Source: an uncultured bacterium (GTDB taxonomy: Bacteria; Fermentibacterota; Fermentibacteria; Fermentibacterales; JCC-6). From it: a DNA stretch of 64,000 bases. The stretch covers positions 1,058-65,057 of the forward strand of contig CAZSKU010000012.1 of assembly GCA_964607515.1 (NCBI GenBank), written 5' to 3'. A program made the position numbers and the translations under genes. Position 1 is the first letter of the stretch. Each line of letters begins with the position of its first letter. The notes under the pieces were generated by a model. That model was not told the DNA's origin, ran no database searches, and saw only the letters and a program-made list of their open reading frames with translations. This document shows positions 29,078 to 37,532 of this stretch, piece by piece.

Positions 29078-30364
29078 ATGACAAGGACAACGCCCCTGCT
29101 TCTCCTGTTCCTGGCCGCTCTTGCTGCGGCCCAGACCGGAGAGACCCAGCCACCCCCCGCGGACTCCGGGGTCGTCGAGTCGGCCGCGGAACCCTTACCG
29201 GCGGAACCCGAACCGGTTCCCGCGGCTGAGATCGCCCCCCCGGGGGGAATACTGGTGACGGACTACCCGGACGACGCCGGCGACAGGCTCATGGTCTGTT
29301 TCGAGCCGGGCGCCGAAGCCGGCGATCCCGACCTCTTTGCGGCGTACCAGGTTTTCAGGAGACCCCTCGGGGCGCCTGACTCGGCCTGGGCCATGGTTAA
29401 CATGATCCCGGTGGGCGAGGGAACCAGCTTCATAGACGGCTTCGACCCGGACTTCCCCGTGGAGGAGGGTGCGCAGTACGAGTACCGGGTTGACGCACTC
29501 TACCTGGATCAGACCGTGGTTGCGGGGGAGGCCATTGCCGCCCAGGAGGTCGCATCCGGCCAGTGGTTCCACACCGGCAAAGTCAGGGTGCTGGTCGCCT
29601 GCGCCATATTCCTCGGCCTCATCTTCTACTTCTTCTCCCGGGCCAAGACCGGCGCCAGCATGTACCTTCGGCCGATCGCCGGCATCGAGGCCATTGACGA
29701 GGCCATCGGGCGGGCCACGGAAATGGGCAAGCCCATTCTTTACGTCCCGGGGCTTTCCTACATCGAAGACGTGGCAACCATCGCCAGTCTGACCATCCTG
29801 GGAAGGGTGGCCAGGAAGGTGGCGGAGTACCAGACTCCCCTGTGCGTACCCAACACGGACCCCATAGTCTTCACCGTGGCGGAGGAGGCGGTGAAGCAGG
29901 CGTACCTGGAGGCCGGCCGCCCCGACTCCTACGACCCTGACAGCGTGTTCTTCCTGACCCAGAGCCAGTTCGCCTTCGTGGCGGGGGTGAACGGGATCAT
30001 GATGCGCCAGAAGCCCGCCACCAACTTCTACCTGGGCATGTTCTGGGCTGAGAGCCTGATTCTTGCCGAGACGGGGTCCCTCTCCGGGGCGATCCAGATA
30101 GCCGGCACCGACGCGGTCACCCAGCTTCCCTTCTTCATCACCACCTGCGACTACACCCTGATCGGCGAGGAACTCTACGCCGCCAGCGCCTACCTCAGCC
30201 GGGAGCCCATGCAGATGGGCTCCATCAAGGGACTGGACGCGTGCAAGGCGATACTGATGGTCTTCATCACACTGGGCATCATTCTCGCCCTTGTGGATGT
30301 GGCTGCGGAAACCCAAACCCTGGCGTGGCTCAAAGACCTGGTAACGTCTCAGGTGATGGACTAG
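29078..30364 (+). CDS. uncharacterised membrane protein A1: signal peptide, Ig-like extracytoplasmic domain, TM, conserved ~180-aa core, C-terminal TM
   Basis: MTRTTPLLLLFLAALAAAQT signal peptide. An extracytoplasmic domain contains DGFDPDFP...YEYRVD. TM helix VLVACAIFLGLIFYFF. Conserved core YLRPIAGIEAIDEAIGRATEMGKPILYVPG...FFITTCDYTLIGEELYAASAYL. No family recognised. First gene of the coupled operon. Confidence 0.6.
   Translation: MTRTTPLLLLFLAALAAAQTGETQPPPADSGVVESAAEPLPAEPEPVPAAEIAPPGGILVTDYPDDAGDRLMVCFEPGAEAGDPDLFAAYQVFRRPLGAPDSAWAMVNMIPVGEGTSFIDGFDPDFPVEEGAQYEYRVDALYLDQTVVAGEAIAAQEVASGQWFHTGKVRVLVACAIFLGLIFYFFSRAKTGASMYLRPIAGIEAIDEAIGRATEMGKPILYVPGLSYIEDVATIASLTILGRVARKVAEYQTPLCVPNTDPIVFTVAEEAVKQAYLEAGRPDSYDPDSVFFLTQSQFAFVAGVNGIMMRQKPATNFYLGMFWAESLILAETGSLSGAIQIAGTDAVTQLPFFITTCDYTLIGEELYAASAYLSREPMQMGSIKGLDACKAILMVFITLGIILALVDVAAETQTLAWLKDLVTSQVMD
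29668..30196 (+). repeat. near-identical duplicated segment, copy 1 (inside A1); perfect-identity core about 29768..30195
   Basis: By direct comparison it matches 39258..39784. About 428 bp are 100% identical, with few-mismatch flanks. The coding sequence on either side is divergent. Confidence 0.8.
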
Positions 30365-30386
30365 CCCACCGGAAGGAGCTTGAGCA

Positions 30387-31031
30387 GTGAAGAGAGCTGT
30401 TCCCCTCATGATAGTCCTGGTGGGCGGAGTACTGATGATTATCCAGTACTTCATTCCCCACCGGATATCCCAGGATATTTTCGACAACTACACCATCTGG
30501 ATCCCCATCATAGGAGCCTTCGCCCTGGTTCTGGGCGTTGGCAGCCTCACCAGGCTTCACGGCCACCGGGTGAGGAACCGGGCTCCCAACTGGCCCTACA
30601 GCCTGGCGGTGATCGTTCCGATCTACCTCATGCCCATATTCGCCCTGCTCCTTCCGACCTCGGTCGGAGGCGGCATGGAAGCCCCCAGCGTATTCAACTT
30701 CGCCTTCATGCACATACAGGTTCCCATCCAGTCCACCATGTTCAGCCTCTTGGCCTTCTACATCGCCAGCGCCGCTTTCCGGGCCTTCCGGGCCAAGAGC
30801 CTTCTAGCCACGGTGCTGCTGCTCACGGCGGTGATAGTGATGATGGGGCAGGTTCCCATCGGCGAGCTTCTGGGAAGCTGGTTCCCGAAGCTGGGCCTCT
30901 GGATAATCGACTTCCCCAACAACGCCGCCAAGAGGGCCATCGGTCTCGGGGTGGGATTCGGCATTCTGGCCACCCAGCTCAAGATCATTTTCGGCGTCGA
31001 GCGTAATTGGCTCGGCGGCGCCGGTGATTAG
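30387..31031 (+). CDS. uncharacterised polytopic membrane protein B (about 5-6 TM)
   Basis: The GTG start is preceded by GGAAGGAG. Multiple hydrophobic helices. No family recognised. Confidence 0.55.
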   Translation: MKRAVPLMIVLVGGVLMIIQYFIPHRISQDIFDNYTIWIPIIGAFALVLGVGSLTRLHGHRVRNRAPNWPYSLAVIVPIYLMPIFALLLPTSVGGGMEAPSVFNFAFMHIQVPIQSTMFSLLAFYIASAAFRAFRAKSLLATVLLLTAVIVMMGQVPIGELLGSWFPKLGLWIIDFPNNAAKRAIGLGVGFGILATQLKIIFGVERNWLGGAGD

Positions 31032-31042
31032 GGGGTGAAGAC

Positions 31043-32044
31043 ATGAAGGAAAACATCTGGAGCAGAATGCTCAACCTGGACAGGCGATGGATCTTCCTCT
31101 TCATAGGGGTCGTCTGCATCGTTCCGTTCTTCATTCCCTTCGGGCTGCCGCTGATACCCACCCAGCACGTCATTTCCATTTTCGACTACATCGAGGGGCT
31201 CGGCCCCGAGAACGCCATCTTCGTGAGTTTCGACTTCGACCCGGGCACGGACCCGGAGAACATGCCCATGGCGGTGGCCGTCACCAGGCACGCCTTCGCC
31301 AGGCATATCCCTGTGTTCTTCACCGCCAACGCCCCGCTGGCGCAGGGAATGCTGGAGTCGGGATTCGCCTACGTGACCAATCCTCACAGCGAAGACTACT
31401 TCCACGTGGTGACCTGGCCCGAGTGGGCCCCCTACCGGGAGATGGGCATCACCGAAAGGGACCAGCTGGAGGCCGCCTGGGAGGCTGACGGGAACGTGCT
31501 TCCTGCGAATGCCGCCGGATGGGTGTTCGAAGGACGTGATTTCGCCAAGCTGGGCTACCTCCCCTACTTCAGCCTCGTGATCCTGGGCATGACCTCCTCC
31601 ATCGCAGCCCAGTACCCGGAGGACATGAGCGGCAACCCCTTGGCGGAGATGCCCATGCTTCAGGAGCACAAGAGCCTCAGGGAAGTGGACCTTGCCACGA
31701 CCTTCGCCGGAAGCGCCGCCTGCATGTGGTGGGTCACCTACGCCCGTGAAAAGATCGGCCTTCCGGTGGCCTTCGGGGTCACTGCGGTCAGCGCCACCGA
31801 CTACACCATCTACATCCAGTCGGGCCAGCTGGTGGGCCAGATGGGCGGACTGCGGGGCGCCGCGGAGTACGAGGTTCTCCTGCAGCAGAAAGGCTACTTC
31901 GAGCAACCCGACAGAGCCTTCATCGGAATGGACGTCCAGAACGCGGCGCACCTGCTGATCTTCTTCTTCATCGTGCTTGGCAACATCGCCTACTTCGCCG
32001 GGGGTTTCCATAAAAAGGGCGCACTGCTGAAGGGAAGGAGGTAG
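31043..32044 (+). CDS. uncharacterised membrane-anchored protein C (N- and C-terminal TM helices flanking a soluble domain)
   Basis: RBS GGGGGTGAAG. N-terminal helix WIFLFIGVVCIVPFFIPFGLPLI and C-terminal helix LLIFFFIVLGNIAYFAGGF. Lies 11 bp after B. Confidence 0.55.
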   Translation: MKENIWSRMLNLDRRWIFLFIGVVCIVPFFIPFGLPLIPTQHVISIFDYIEGLGPENAIFVSFDFDPGTDPENMPMAVAVTRHAFARHIPVFFTANAPLAQGMLESGFAYVTNPHSEDYFHVVTWPEWAPYREMGITERDQLEAAWEADGNVLPANAAGWVFEGRDFAKLGYLPYFSLVILGMTSSIAAQYPEDMSGNPLAEMPMLQEHKSLREVDLATTFAGSAACMWWVTYAREKIGLPVAFGVTAVSATDYTIYIQSGQLVGQMGGLRGAAEYEVLLQQKGYFEQPDRAFIGMDVQNAAHLLIFFFIVLGNIAYFAGGFHKKGALLKGRR

Positions 32045-32047
32045 ACC

Positions 32048-32677
32048 GTGTACGAAACCATCGGAATCTGGGTAGCGGCCATCTTCACCCTGGCCATGTA
32101 CTCCTTCCTTTACAAGGAGAACCCCCTGTACCGCCTCGGTGAGCATCTGGTAGTCGGCATATCAACAGGGTACTTCATCGTTCTCACCTACACCCAGGTG
32201 TTGAAACCCAGGCTCATAGACGCCATCGCCCTGGAGAACCAGTGGATCCTGGTGATTCCGGCCCTGCTGGGTCTTCTGTACGTCACCCGGTTTTTCCCCA
32301 AGATCGCCTGGCTCTCCCGGTACCCCATGGCCTTCATCATGGGCACAAGCATGGGCGTGGGCTTCCCGCTGTCCATGAAGGCCAGCGTCCTGAGGCAGCT
32401 GGAAGCCACGATTCTGCCGTTGTACCAGGCGGGGATGCCCTGGCAGATCCTGGCGGGCAACATCATCCTGGTGTTCGGAACCCTGGCGGCTCTGATCTAC
32501 TTCTTCTTCAGCAAGCCCCACAGGGGTCTTTTCTTCGGAACCGGGTCCAAGATCGGGATCTGGGTCATCATGATCGGATTCGGAGCCACCTTCGGCTTCA
32601 CCGTCATGGGCCGGATCAGCCTGTTGATCGGAAGGGTGCAGTTCCTTCTGAAGGACTGGCTGGGTGTGATCAACTGA
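32048..32677 (+). CDS. uncharacterised polytopic membrane protein D (about 5-6 TM)
   Basis: The GTG start is 3 nt after the stop of C. Similar size and topology to B. Confidence 0.55.
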   Translation: MYETIGIWVAAIFTLAMYSFLYKENPLYRLGEHLVVGISTGYFIVLTYTQVLKPRLIDAIALENQWILVIPALLGLLYVTRFFPKIAWLSRYPMAFIMGTSMGVGFPLSMKASVLRQLEATILPLYQAGMPWQILAGNIILVFGTLAALIYFFFSKPHRGLFFGTGSKIGIWVIMIGFGATFGFTVMGRISLLIGRVQFLLKDWLGVIN

Positions 32678-32750
32678 CGGGAACGCCCCCGGTCCTTCCC
32701 GGGCCGGGGGCGCCCATCCTTCCAGAGTGTTCCGGGAGAGGGAGGCTGGC

Positions 32751-35498
32751 ATGAACGGCCTGATCCTGGTAACGGACATCGGAAGCACCACCACAAAGGC
32801 TCTTCTGCTGGATACCGCCGGGGGAATACTCACCCCGGTGGAGAGTTGCGAGGAGCCCACCACCGTGGAAAAACCCCACGAAGACGTGGCCGTCGGTCTG
32901 TTCCGGGCGGTGGACGGCTTGTCCCGCCTGTCCGGAGTGCAGCTGAGGGATGGCGGCCGGTTCCTGGTGCCGTTTTACGCCACCAGTTCAGCGGGAGGCG
33001 GTCTGCAGATACTGGTGATCGCCCTGGCATCCCGTGACACCGGAACAGTGGCAAGGGCGGTGACCTGCGGGGCCGGAGGGGTGGTGCTGGACGCTTTCAA
33101 CATCGACGATGATACCCCAAGAGTGGAGAAGATTCAGAGGATGGCGGGCCTCTCCCCCGACCTGGTGGTGCTGGCGGGAGGGTACGAGGACGGGGCCCTG
33201 GCCGCGGTGGTGAACATGGCCCAGTTGCTTGCCCAGGCAAGCCCCAAACCGAAATACCGGGCAGGAACCCTTCCGGTGGTGTTCTGCGGAAACTCGAAGG
33301 CGGGGGAGTTCGTCAGGGAAGCCCTCGGGGCTGGTTTCAGGCTTTACTGCACGGAGAACATCAGGCCCTCGGGGCTGGAACTCAATCTCAGACCCGCCGT
33401 ACAGATGGTCCAAAGACTCTTCATGGACCACGTGATGCAGATGGCGCCGGGCTACAGTTCCATAGCCGGAGCCGTGTCGGCTCCGATTGTCCCCACACCC
33501 TCGGGCGTGGAACGGATACTTTCCCTGTGGTGCCGGGAGACCGGCAAGTGTGCTCTGCTTGCGGATATGGGCGGGGCCACCACGGACGTGTTCACCGCGG
33601 TCGCCGGGGGGGTCGCGCGAACCGTGAGCGCCAACATCGGGATGAGTTACAGCCTGTCAAACATCCTCAGGGAGGCCGGTCTTCCGGGGATCATGAGGCA
33701 CCTGCCCGGGGTGGATCCTTCACCGGTGCGGGACCGGATACTGGAGAAGACCCTGTTTCCAACCCGGCCCCCCGGCGACGACTTCGGGCTTCGGGTGGAA
33801 CACTCCTGCGCCGCGGAAGGCATGGCCCTGGCCTGCCGGCAGCACCTGGAGTTCTCCTACCGACGGGCCAGGGTGGGTTTTCTCGATCGGCTCAAGCTTC
33901 TTGGAAGGTGCAAGTTCGATCAGAGGTTCAGAACCCTGGACGAGAAGGAAGGCTTCAGCCTGAGCGACTTCGGAACCCTGATCGGAGCCGGCGGCGTCCT
34001 GGCCCACGCCCCAGGGCGTAGGGCCGCCTGGATACTCGCCCAGGGATTCTTTCCCCGGGGAGTCACCACCCTGATGGTGGACAGCCCTTTTCACAGCCCC
34101 CACATGGGTGTGCTCAGCAGCTCCTTTCCCGAGATGGCCCTGGGCTACTACCGCAGCCACTGCCTGAAATCGGTCTGCCGGGTGGTCACCCCGACAGGCT
34201 CCCTCCGGCCTGGCAGGCCGGGGATCGGAGTAAGGGGCCCCCACGTCGAGACGATGGTCCTGGGCGGCGACTTCCTGTACCTGGAGGACGGGAAGGGAAC
34301 GTCCGCCGGAAACTGGCGGGAGACCGAGAGCATTCCGATGCTGGTTGACTGCAGGACGAACCCCGATCAGACACTTCCCGTGGATTTCGACAAGAGGCCG
34401 GCGGAGGTGCTCCCGGTGCCCGCCGCCCGTGAACGACAGGCGAGGTTCTCCGAGCCGGGAGAAATCCTGCACACCTTCTCCCTGCCCTATCCGGGAGAGA
34501 TACTGGTGGGCGCCGGAGATACCGTGGAGCCCGGAACCCTCCTGGGAAGGAACCCTCTCAGCCCTCCAATGGTCTACTTCCTGGACGTCAGGACATCGGG
34601 GGGCTATGACGACGCCACTCCCACCGGGGAAATCCTGGACGGGGTGCTGGTGGCTCCGGGAGACGTTGTGAACCCGGGAAAGCAGGTGTTCCGCAGGATT
34701 GTCAGGCACGGCCTCACCCGGGAGGTACACGAGTTGAAAAGCCCCGTCCGGGGCTTGGTGACCGGTATCGTCCCCCCCGGGCTTGTCTGCCTCAGGGAGA
34801 TACAGGACTACGACGGCAAGCCCCACGTGGTGGATGTGGCGGGACCCCTGGGGATAAAGCCAGGGCACATCCACAGATTCCTGAAGGTGAAGAAGGGCGA
34901 TTTCGTGCTTCAGGGGCAGGCTCTGGCGGCGGGGGAAAGGTTTCCGATGGTAAAGAGCCCGTCCGCTGGCACCATCACAGAGGTGGACAGGGAGTCGGGC
35001 ACCGTGACCGTGCACTACAGAACGGTTCCCGTGGACATGCGATCGCCCATCCACGGGGTTGTGTCGGGGGTTGTTCCGGAGCACTCCGTGACCCTGTCCT
35101 TCCGGGGAACAGTGATGGAGGGGGTGCTGGGGCTGGGAAGGGACACCTACGGCGTCTTCTCCACGGAGCCGGCCCCTGGAGCCCTGGTTCTCAGGATGGG
35201 AACGATGACTCCGGAGGATCTGAGGCGGGCCGTGGACTGCGGCGCGGCGGCGGTGGTATCTGCGGGGATTTCAGGGGAACTGGTGTCCGGCTACCTGGGG
35301 GAGGATCCCGGGGTGATACTCACCGGGGGCGAGGACCTCCCTGTATCCCTGATGGCCGTGTGCGGCGCGGGCTTGAGAAGGTTTTCCGGGGATATATGGA
35401 GGACTCTGGAGGGGCTGCCCGGCCGCCGGGGCGCTCTGTTCACAACCACCAGGATAAGGGCCGGGGTGGAGAGACCCAGGCTTTTCATGGAGGAATGA
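32751..35498 (+). CDS. large ASKHA-superfamily ATPase (GlmL/MutL/EutA-like N-terminal half) fused to a ~450-aa C-terminal region with repeated barrel-sandwich-hybrid-like hairpins
   Basis: The ATG is preceded by GGGAGG. LVTDIGSTTTKALLLD (phosphate-1) and LLADMGGATTDVFTAV (phosphate-2) are typical of GlmL-type actin-fold ATPases. The C-terminus has repeated GDxVxPGxxL-type motifs (GDTVEPGTLLG, GDVVNPGKQVF, KKGDFVLQGQAL). Confidence 0.65.
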   Translation: MNGLILVTDIGSTTTKALLLDTAGGILTPVESCEEPTTVEKPHEDVAVGLFRAVDGLSRLSGVQLRDGGRFLVPFYATSSAGGGLQILVIALASRDTGTVARAVTCGAGGVVLDAFNIDDDTPRVEKIQRMAGLSPDLVVLAGGYEDGALAAVVNMAQLLAQASPKPKYRAGTLPVVFCGNSKAGEFVREALGAGFRLYCTENIRPSGLELNLRPAVQMVQRLFMDHVMQMAPGYSSIAGAVSAPIVPTPSGVERILSLWCRETGKCALLADMGGATTDVFTAVAGGVARTVSANIGMSYSLSNILREAGLPGIMRHLPGVDPSPVRDRILEKTLFPTRPPGDDFGLRVEHSCAAEGMALACRQHLEFSYRRARVGFLDRLKLLGRCKFDQRFRTLDEKEGFSLSDFGTLIGAGGVLAHAPGRRAAWILAQGFFPRGVTTLMVDSPFHSPHMGVLSSSFPEMALGYYRSHCLKSVCRVVTPTGSLRPGRPGIGVRGPHVETMVLGGDFLYLEDGKGTSAGNWRETESIPMLVDCRTNPDQTLPVDFDKRPAEVLPVPAARERQARFSEPGEILHTFSLPYPGEILVGAGDTVEPGTLLGRNPLSPPMVYFLDVRTSGGYDDATPTGEILDGVLVAPGDVVNPGKQVFRRIVRHGLTREVHELKSPVRGLVTGIVPPGLVCLREIQDYDGKPHVVDVAGPLGIKPGHIHRFLKVKKGDFVLQGQALAAGERFPMVKSPSAGTITEVDRESGTVTVHYRTVPVDMRSPIHGVVSGVVPEHSVTLSFRGTVMEGVLGLGRDTYGVFSTEPAPGALVLRMGTMTPEDLRRAVDCGAAAVVSAGISGELVSGYLGEDPGVILTGGEDLPVSLMAVCGAGLRRFSGDIWRTLEGLPGRRGALFTTTRIRAGVERPRLFMEE

Positions 35499-35815
35499 TG
35501 AATCCAGAGGAGCTGATGGGTTGTTTTCCCGGAGTAGTCCTGGACTCCGGAAACCATGTTCTTTTCCGTGGATTGCGGATAGGCTCGCTGGAAACATCCG
35601 GCGGAACAGTTATCTTCAGGCTTCTGGTCCACCGGCTGGATTACGGGCCGCTGCTTTCGGAGTACCCCTTCCTGATTCCGTCCACTGAAGGCTTTGTAGA
35701 AGTGCTGCTGGGGGATACGCCCGGTGAGGAGGTTGTGTCGGCCCTGCTGGAGTGCATCAGGAGCTCCGTGGACCGTGCCGCCGAAACATCGGGAGAGAGT
35801 ATAATTGCGCAGTGA
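35495..35815 (+). CDS. small hypothetical protein (possibly roadblock/LC7-like), translationally coupled to the ATPase
   Basis: ATGA overlap with the upstream stop. 106 aa. The roadblock-like assignment is tentative. Confidence 0.4.
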   Translation: MMNPEELMGCFPGVVLDSGNHVLFRGLRIGSLETSGGTVIFRLLVHRLDYGPLLSEYPFLIPSTEGFVEVLLGDTPGEEVVSALLECIRSSVDRAAETSGESIIAQ

Positions 35816-35841
35816 AACCCGAAACCGCAGGGAGGTTTGAC

Positions 35842-35994
35842 ATGTGGGTTTGCCAGGCGTGCGGGTGGGTCTACGATCCCGCTCAGGGTGACCCGGACGG
35901 AGGAATCGCTCCGGGGACGGCGTTCGAGGATATCCCCGACGACTGGGTGTGCCCGGTCTGCGGCGTTGGCAAGGACATGTTCGAGAAGGAATGA
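35842..35994 (+). CDS. rubredoxin
   Basis: [12 protein letters not shown]...[16 protein letters not shown]: two CxxCG knuckles. RBS GGAGG. 50 aa. Confidence 0.85.
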   Translation: MWVCQACGWVYDPAQGDPDGGIAPGTAFEDIPDDWVCPVCGVGKDMFEKE

Positions 35995-36260
35995 GGATTC
36001 CAGTGAAAGAAACCATCGTTGCCATACTGGTATCCCACAGGAACCAGGCCGCTGTCAATGTTCAGAAGGTGCTGACCGGCTGGGGCTGCATGATCAAGAC
36101 AAGGCTCGGGATACACGAGGGCACCATGGAGGACTGCTCCGAGAGGGGGCTCATCATCCTGAGCCTGACAGGAGAGGAAGAGAAGAAAGAGGAACTGGTC
36201 AGGAAGCTCAACGCCCTGAGCGACGTAACCGCCAAGAGGGTGGACCTGGCGCTTGACTGA
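35991..36260 (+). CDS. small ACT-like protein (TM1266/TIGR03959-like)
   Basis: ATGA overlap with rubredoxin. [34 protein letters not shown]...[27 protein letters not shown] resembles TM1266-type ACT-fold proteins. Confidence 0.4.
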   Translation: MRIPVKETIVAILVSHRNQAAVNVQKVLTGWGCMIKTRLGIHEGTMEDCSERGLIILSLTGEEEKKEELVRKLNALSDVTAKRVDLALD

Positions 36261-37035
36261 CCGGCTCGCCGGCGTTCTCGAGGATGTCTATTCCCGATGG
36301 AATCGCCGGGAGTTCGTGCATCCCGATCCTCTGGAGTTCCTCTACCCCTACGATGACCTCCCCGACCGGGAGATTGCCGGACTGGTGGCCTCGGGGCTGG
36401 CCTACGGCAGGGTGGCACAGATCCTCGGAAGCGTTGGCGCGGTGCTGGAAGCCCTGGGGACATCGCCTTCCTCTCTGCCCGAGAACCGGCTGGAAGGAAT
36501 ACTCGCCGGATTCAGACACCGGTTCACCCCGGACTCGGACCTGGTCCGGGCGATCCGCGGCGCCCTTCGCATTCAGAGGGAACACGGATCCCTCGGCGGA
36601 TTCGTCGCCCGGGCGGCCACGGAAGGCGGAATTCTGGAAGCCCAGCGGAGGCTCGTCGCCGGGATTCTCGGCGACGGGCCGCCCTCGAGCCTCCTCTCCT
36701 GCCCCACCCGGGGAAGCTGCTGCAAAAGGCTGAACCTCTGGTTCAGATGGATGGTCAGAAGTGATTCGGTGGATCCCGGGGGATGGGCAGGCATCCAGGC
36801 TTCCGAGCTGCTTGTTCCCCTGGACACCCACATGTGGAAGATCGGCAGAAGGCTGGGCTTCACCGGCCGGAACAGCCCGGACCTGAGGGCGGCCATGGAA
36901 ATCACCCGGGGTTTCGGAAGGGTGAATCCGGGAGATCCGGTGAAGTACGATTTCGCCCTGACAAGGTTCGGAATCAGGTCCGATCTCACCCTGGAATCGC
37001 TGTTCTCGGAGCTTGACCCGCCGGAAGGGTTATAG
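36253..37035 (+). CDS. TIGR02757/DUF2400-family protein (HhH-GPD-like)
   Basis: TTG start with an 8-nt overlap onto the upstream gene. Profile LEFLYPYDDLPDREIAGLVASGLAYGRVAQI...LVPLDTHMWKIGRRLG. Confidence 0.55.
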   Translation: MTDRLAGVLEDVYSRWNRREFVHPDPLEFLYPYDDLPDREIAGLVASGLAYGRVAQILGSVGAVLEALGTSPSSLPENRLEGILAGFRHRFTPDSDLVRAIRGALRIQREHGSLGGFVARAATEGGILEAQRRLVAGILGDGPPSSLLSCPTRGSCCKRLNLWFRWMVRSDSVDPGGWAGIQASELLVPLDTHMWKIGRRLGFTGRNSPDLRAAMEITRGFGRVNPGDPVKYDFALTRFGIRSDLTLESLFSELDPPEGL

Positions 37036-37053
37036 TAAATTCGCACCTCGTGT

Positions 37054-37129
<76 letters not shown>

Positions 37130-37142
37130 ACCCCCTTTCACC

Positions 37143-37532
37143 ATGAAGTACGATCCCAACGCCGTCACGATTCAGCCCATGGGCGCCGGAGGCCCCGGAG
37201 GCCAGCACCAGAACCGCAGCTTCACCGGGGTCACCCTGATTTTCAGCATATCCGACAGCGGGCTCCCCGAGGAAGTGGCCCAGCGGCTTCGGGAAGCCGC
37301 AGGATCCCGGCTGAACCAGCGTGACGAGATAATCATCCAGGCCAGGGAACACAGGAGTTTCGAACAGAATCTCAGGGCCGCCAGGAAAAGGCTGGAGAGG
37401 CTTCTGGACCGGGCAGGCCGGGCTCCGGCGGTCAGGATTCCCACCAGCCCGTCCAAGGCGTCACGGGAAAGAAGACTGCAGGAAAAGCGCCTTCGCGGGG
37501 AAATCAAGAAAAGGCGAACCGAAGATTTCTAG
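37143..37532 (+). CDS. arfB: alternative ribosome-rescue factor ArfB (peptidyl-tRNA hydrolase, RF1-type GGQ domain)
   Basis: GPGGQHQNRSFTGVTL GGQ motif, plus a basic C-terminal tail (KRLQEKRLRGEIKKRR). Confidence 0.8.
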   Translation: MKYDPNAVTIQPMGAGGPGGQHQNRSFTGVTLIFSISDSGLPEEVAQRLREAAGSRLNQRDEIIIQAREHRSFEQNLRAARKRLERLLDRAGRAPAVRIPTSPSKASRERRLQEKRLRGEIKKRRTEDF

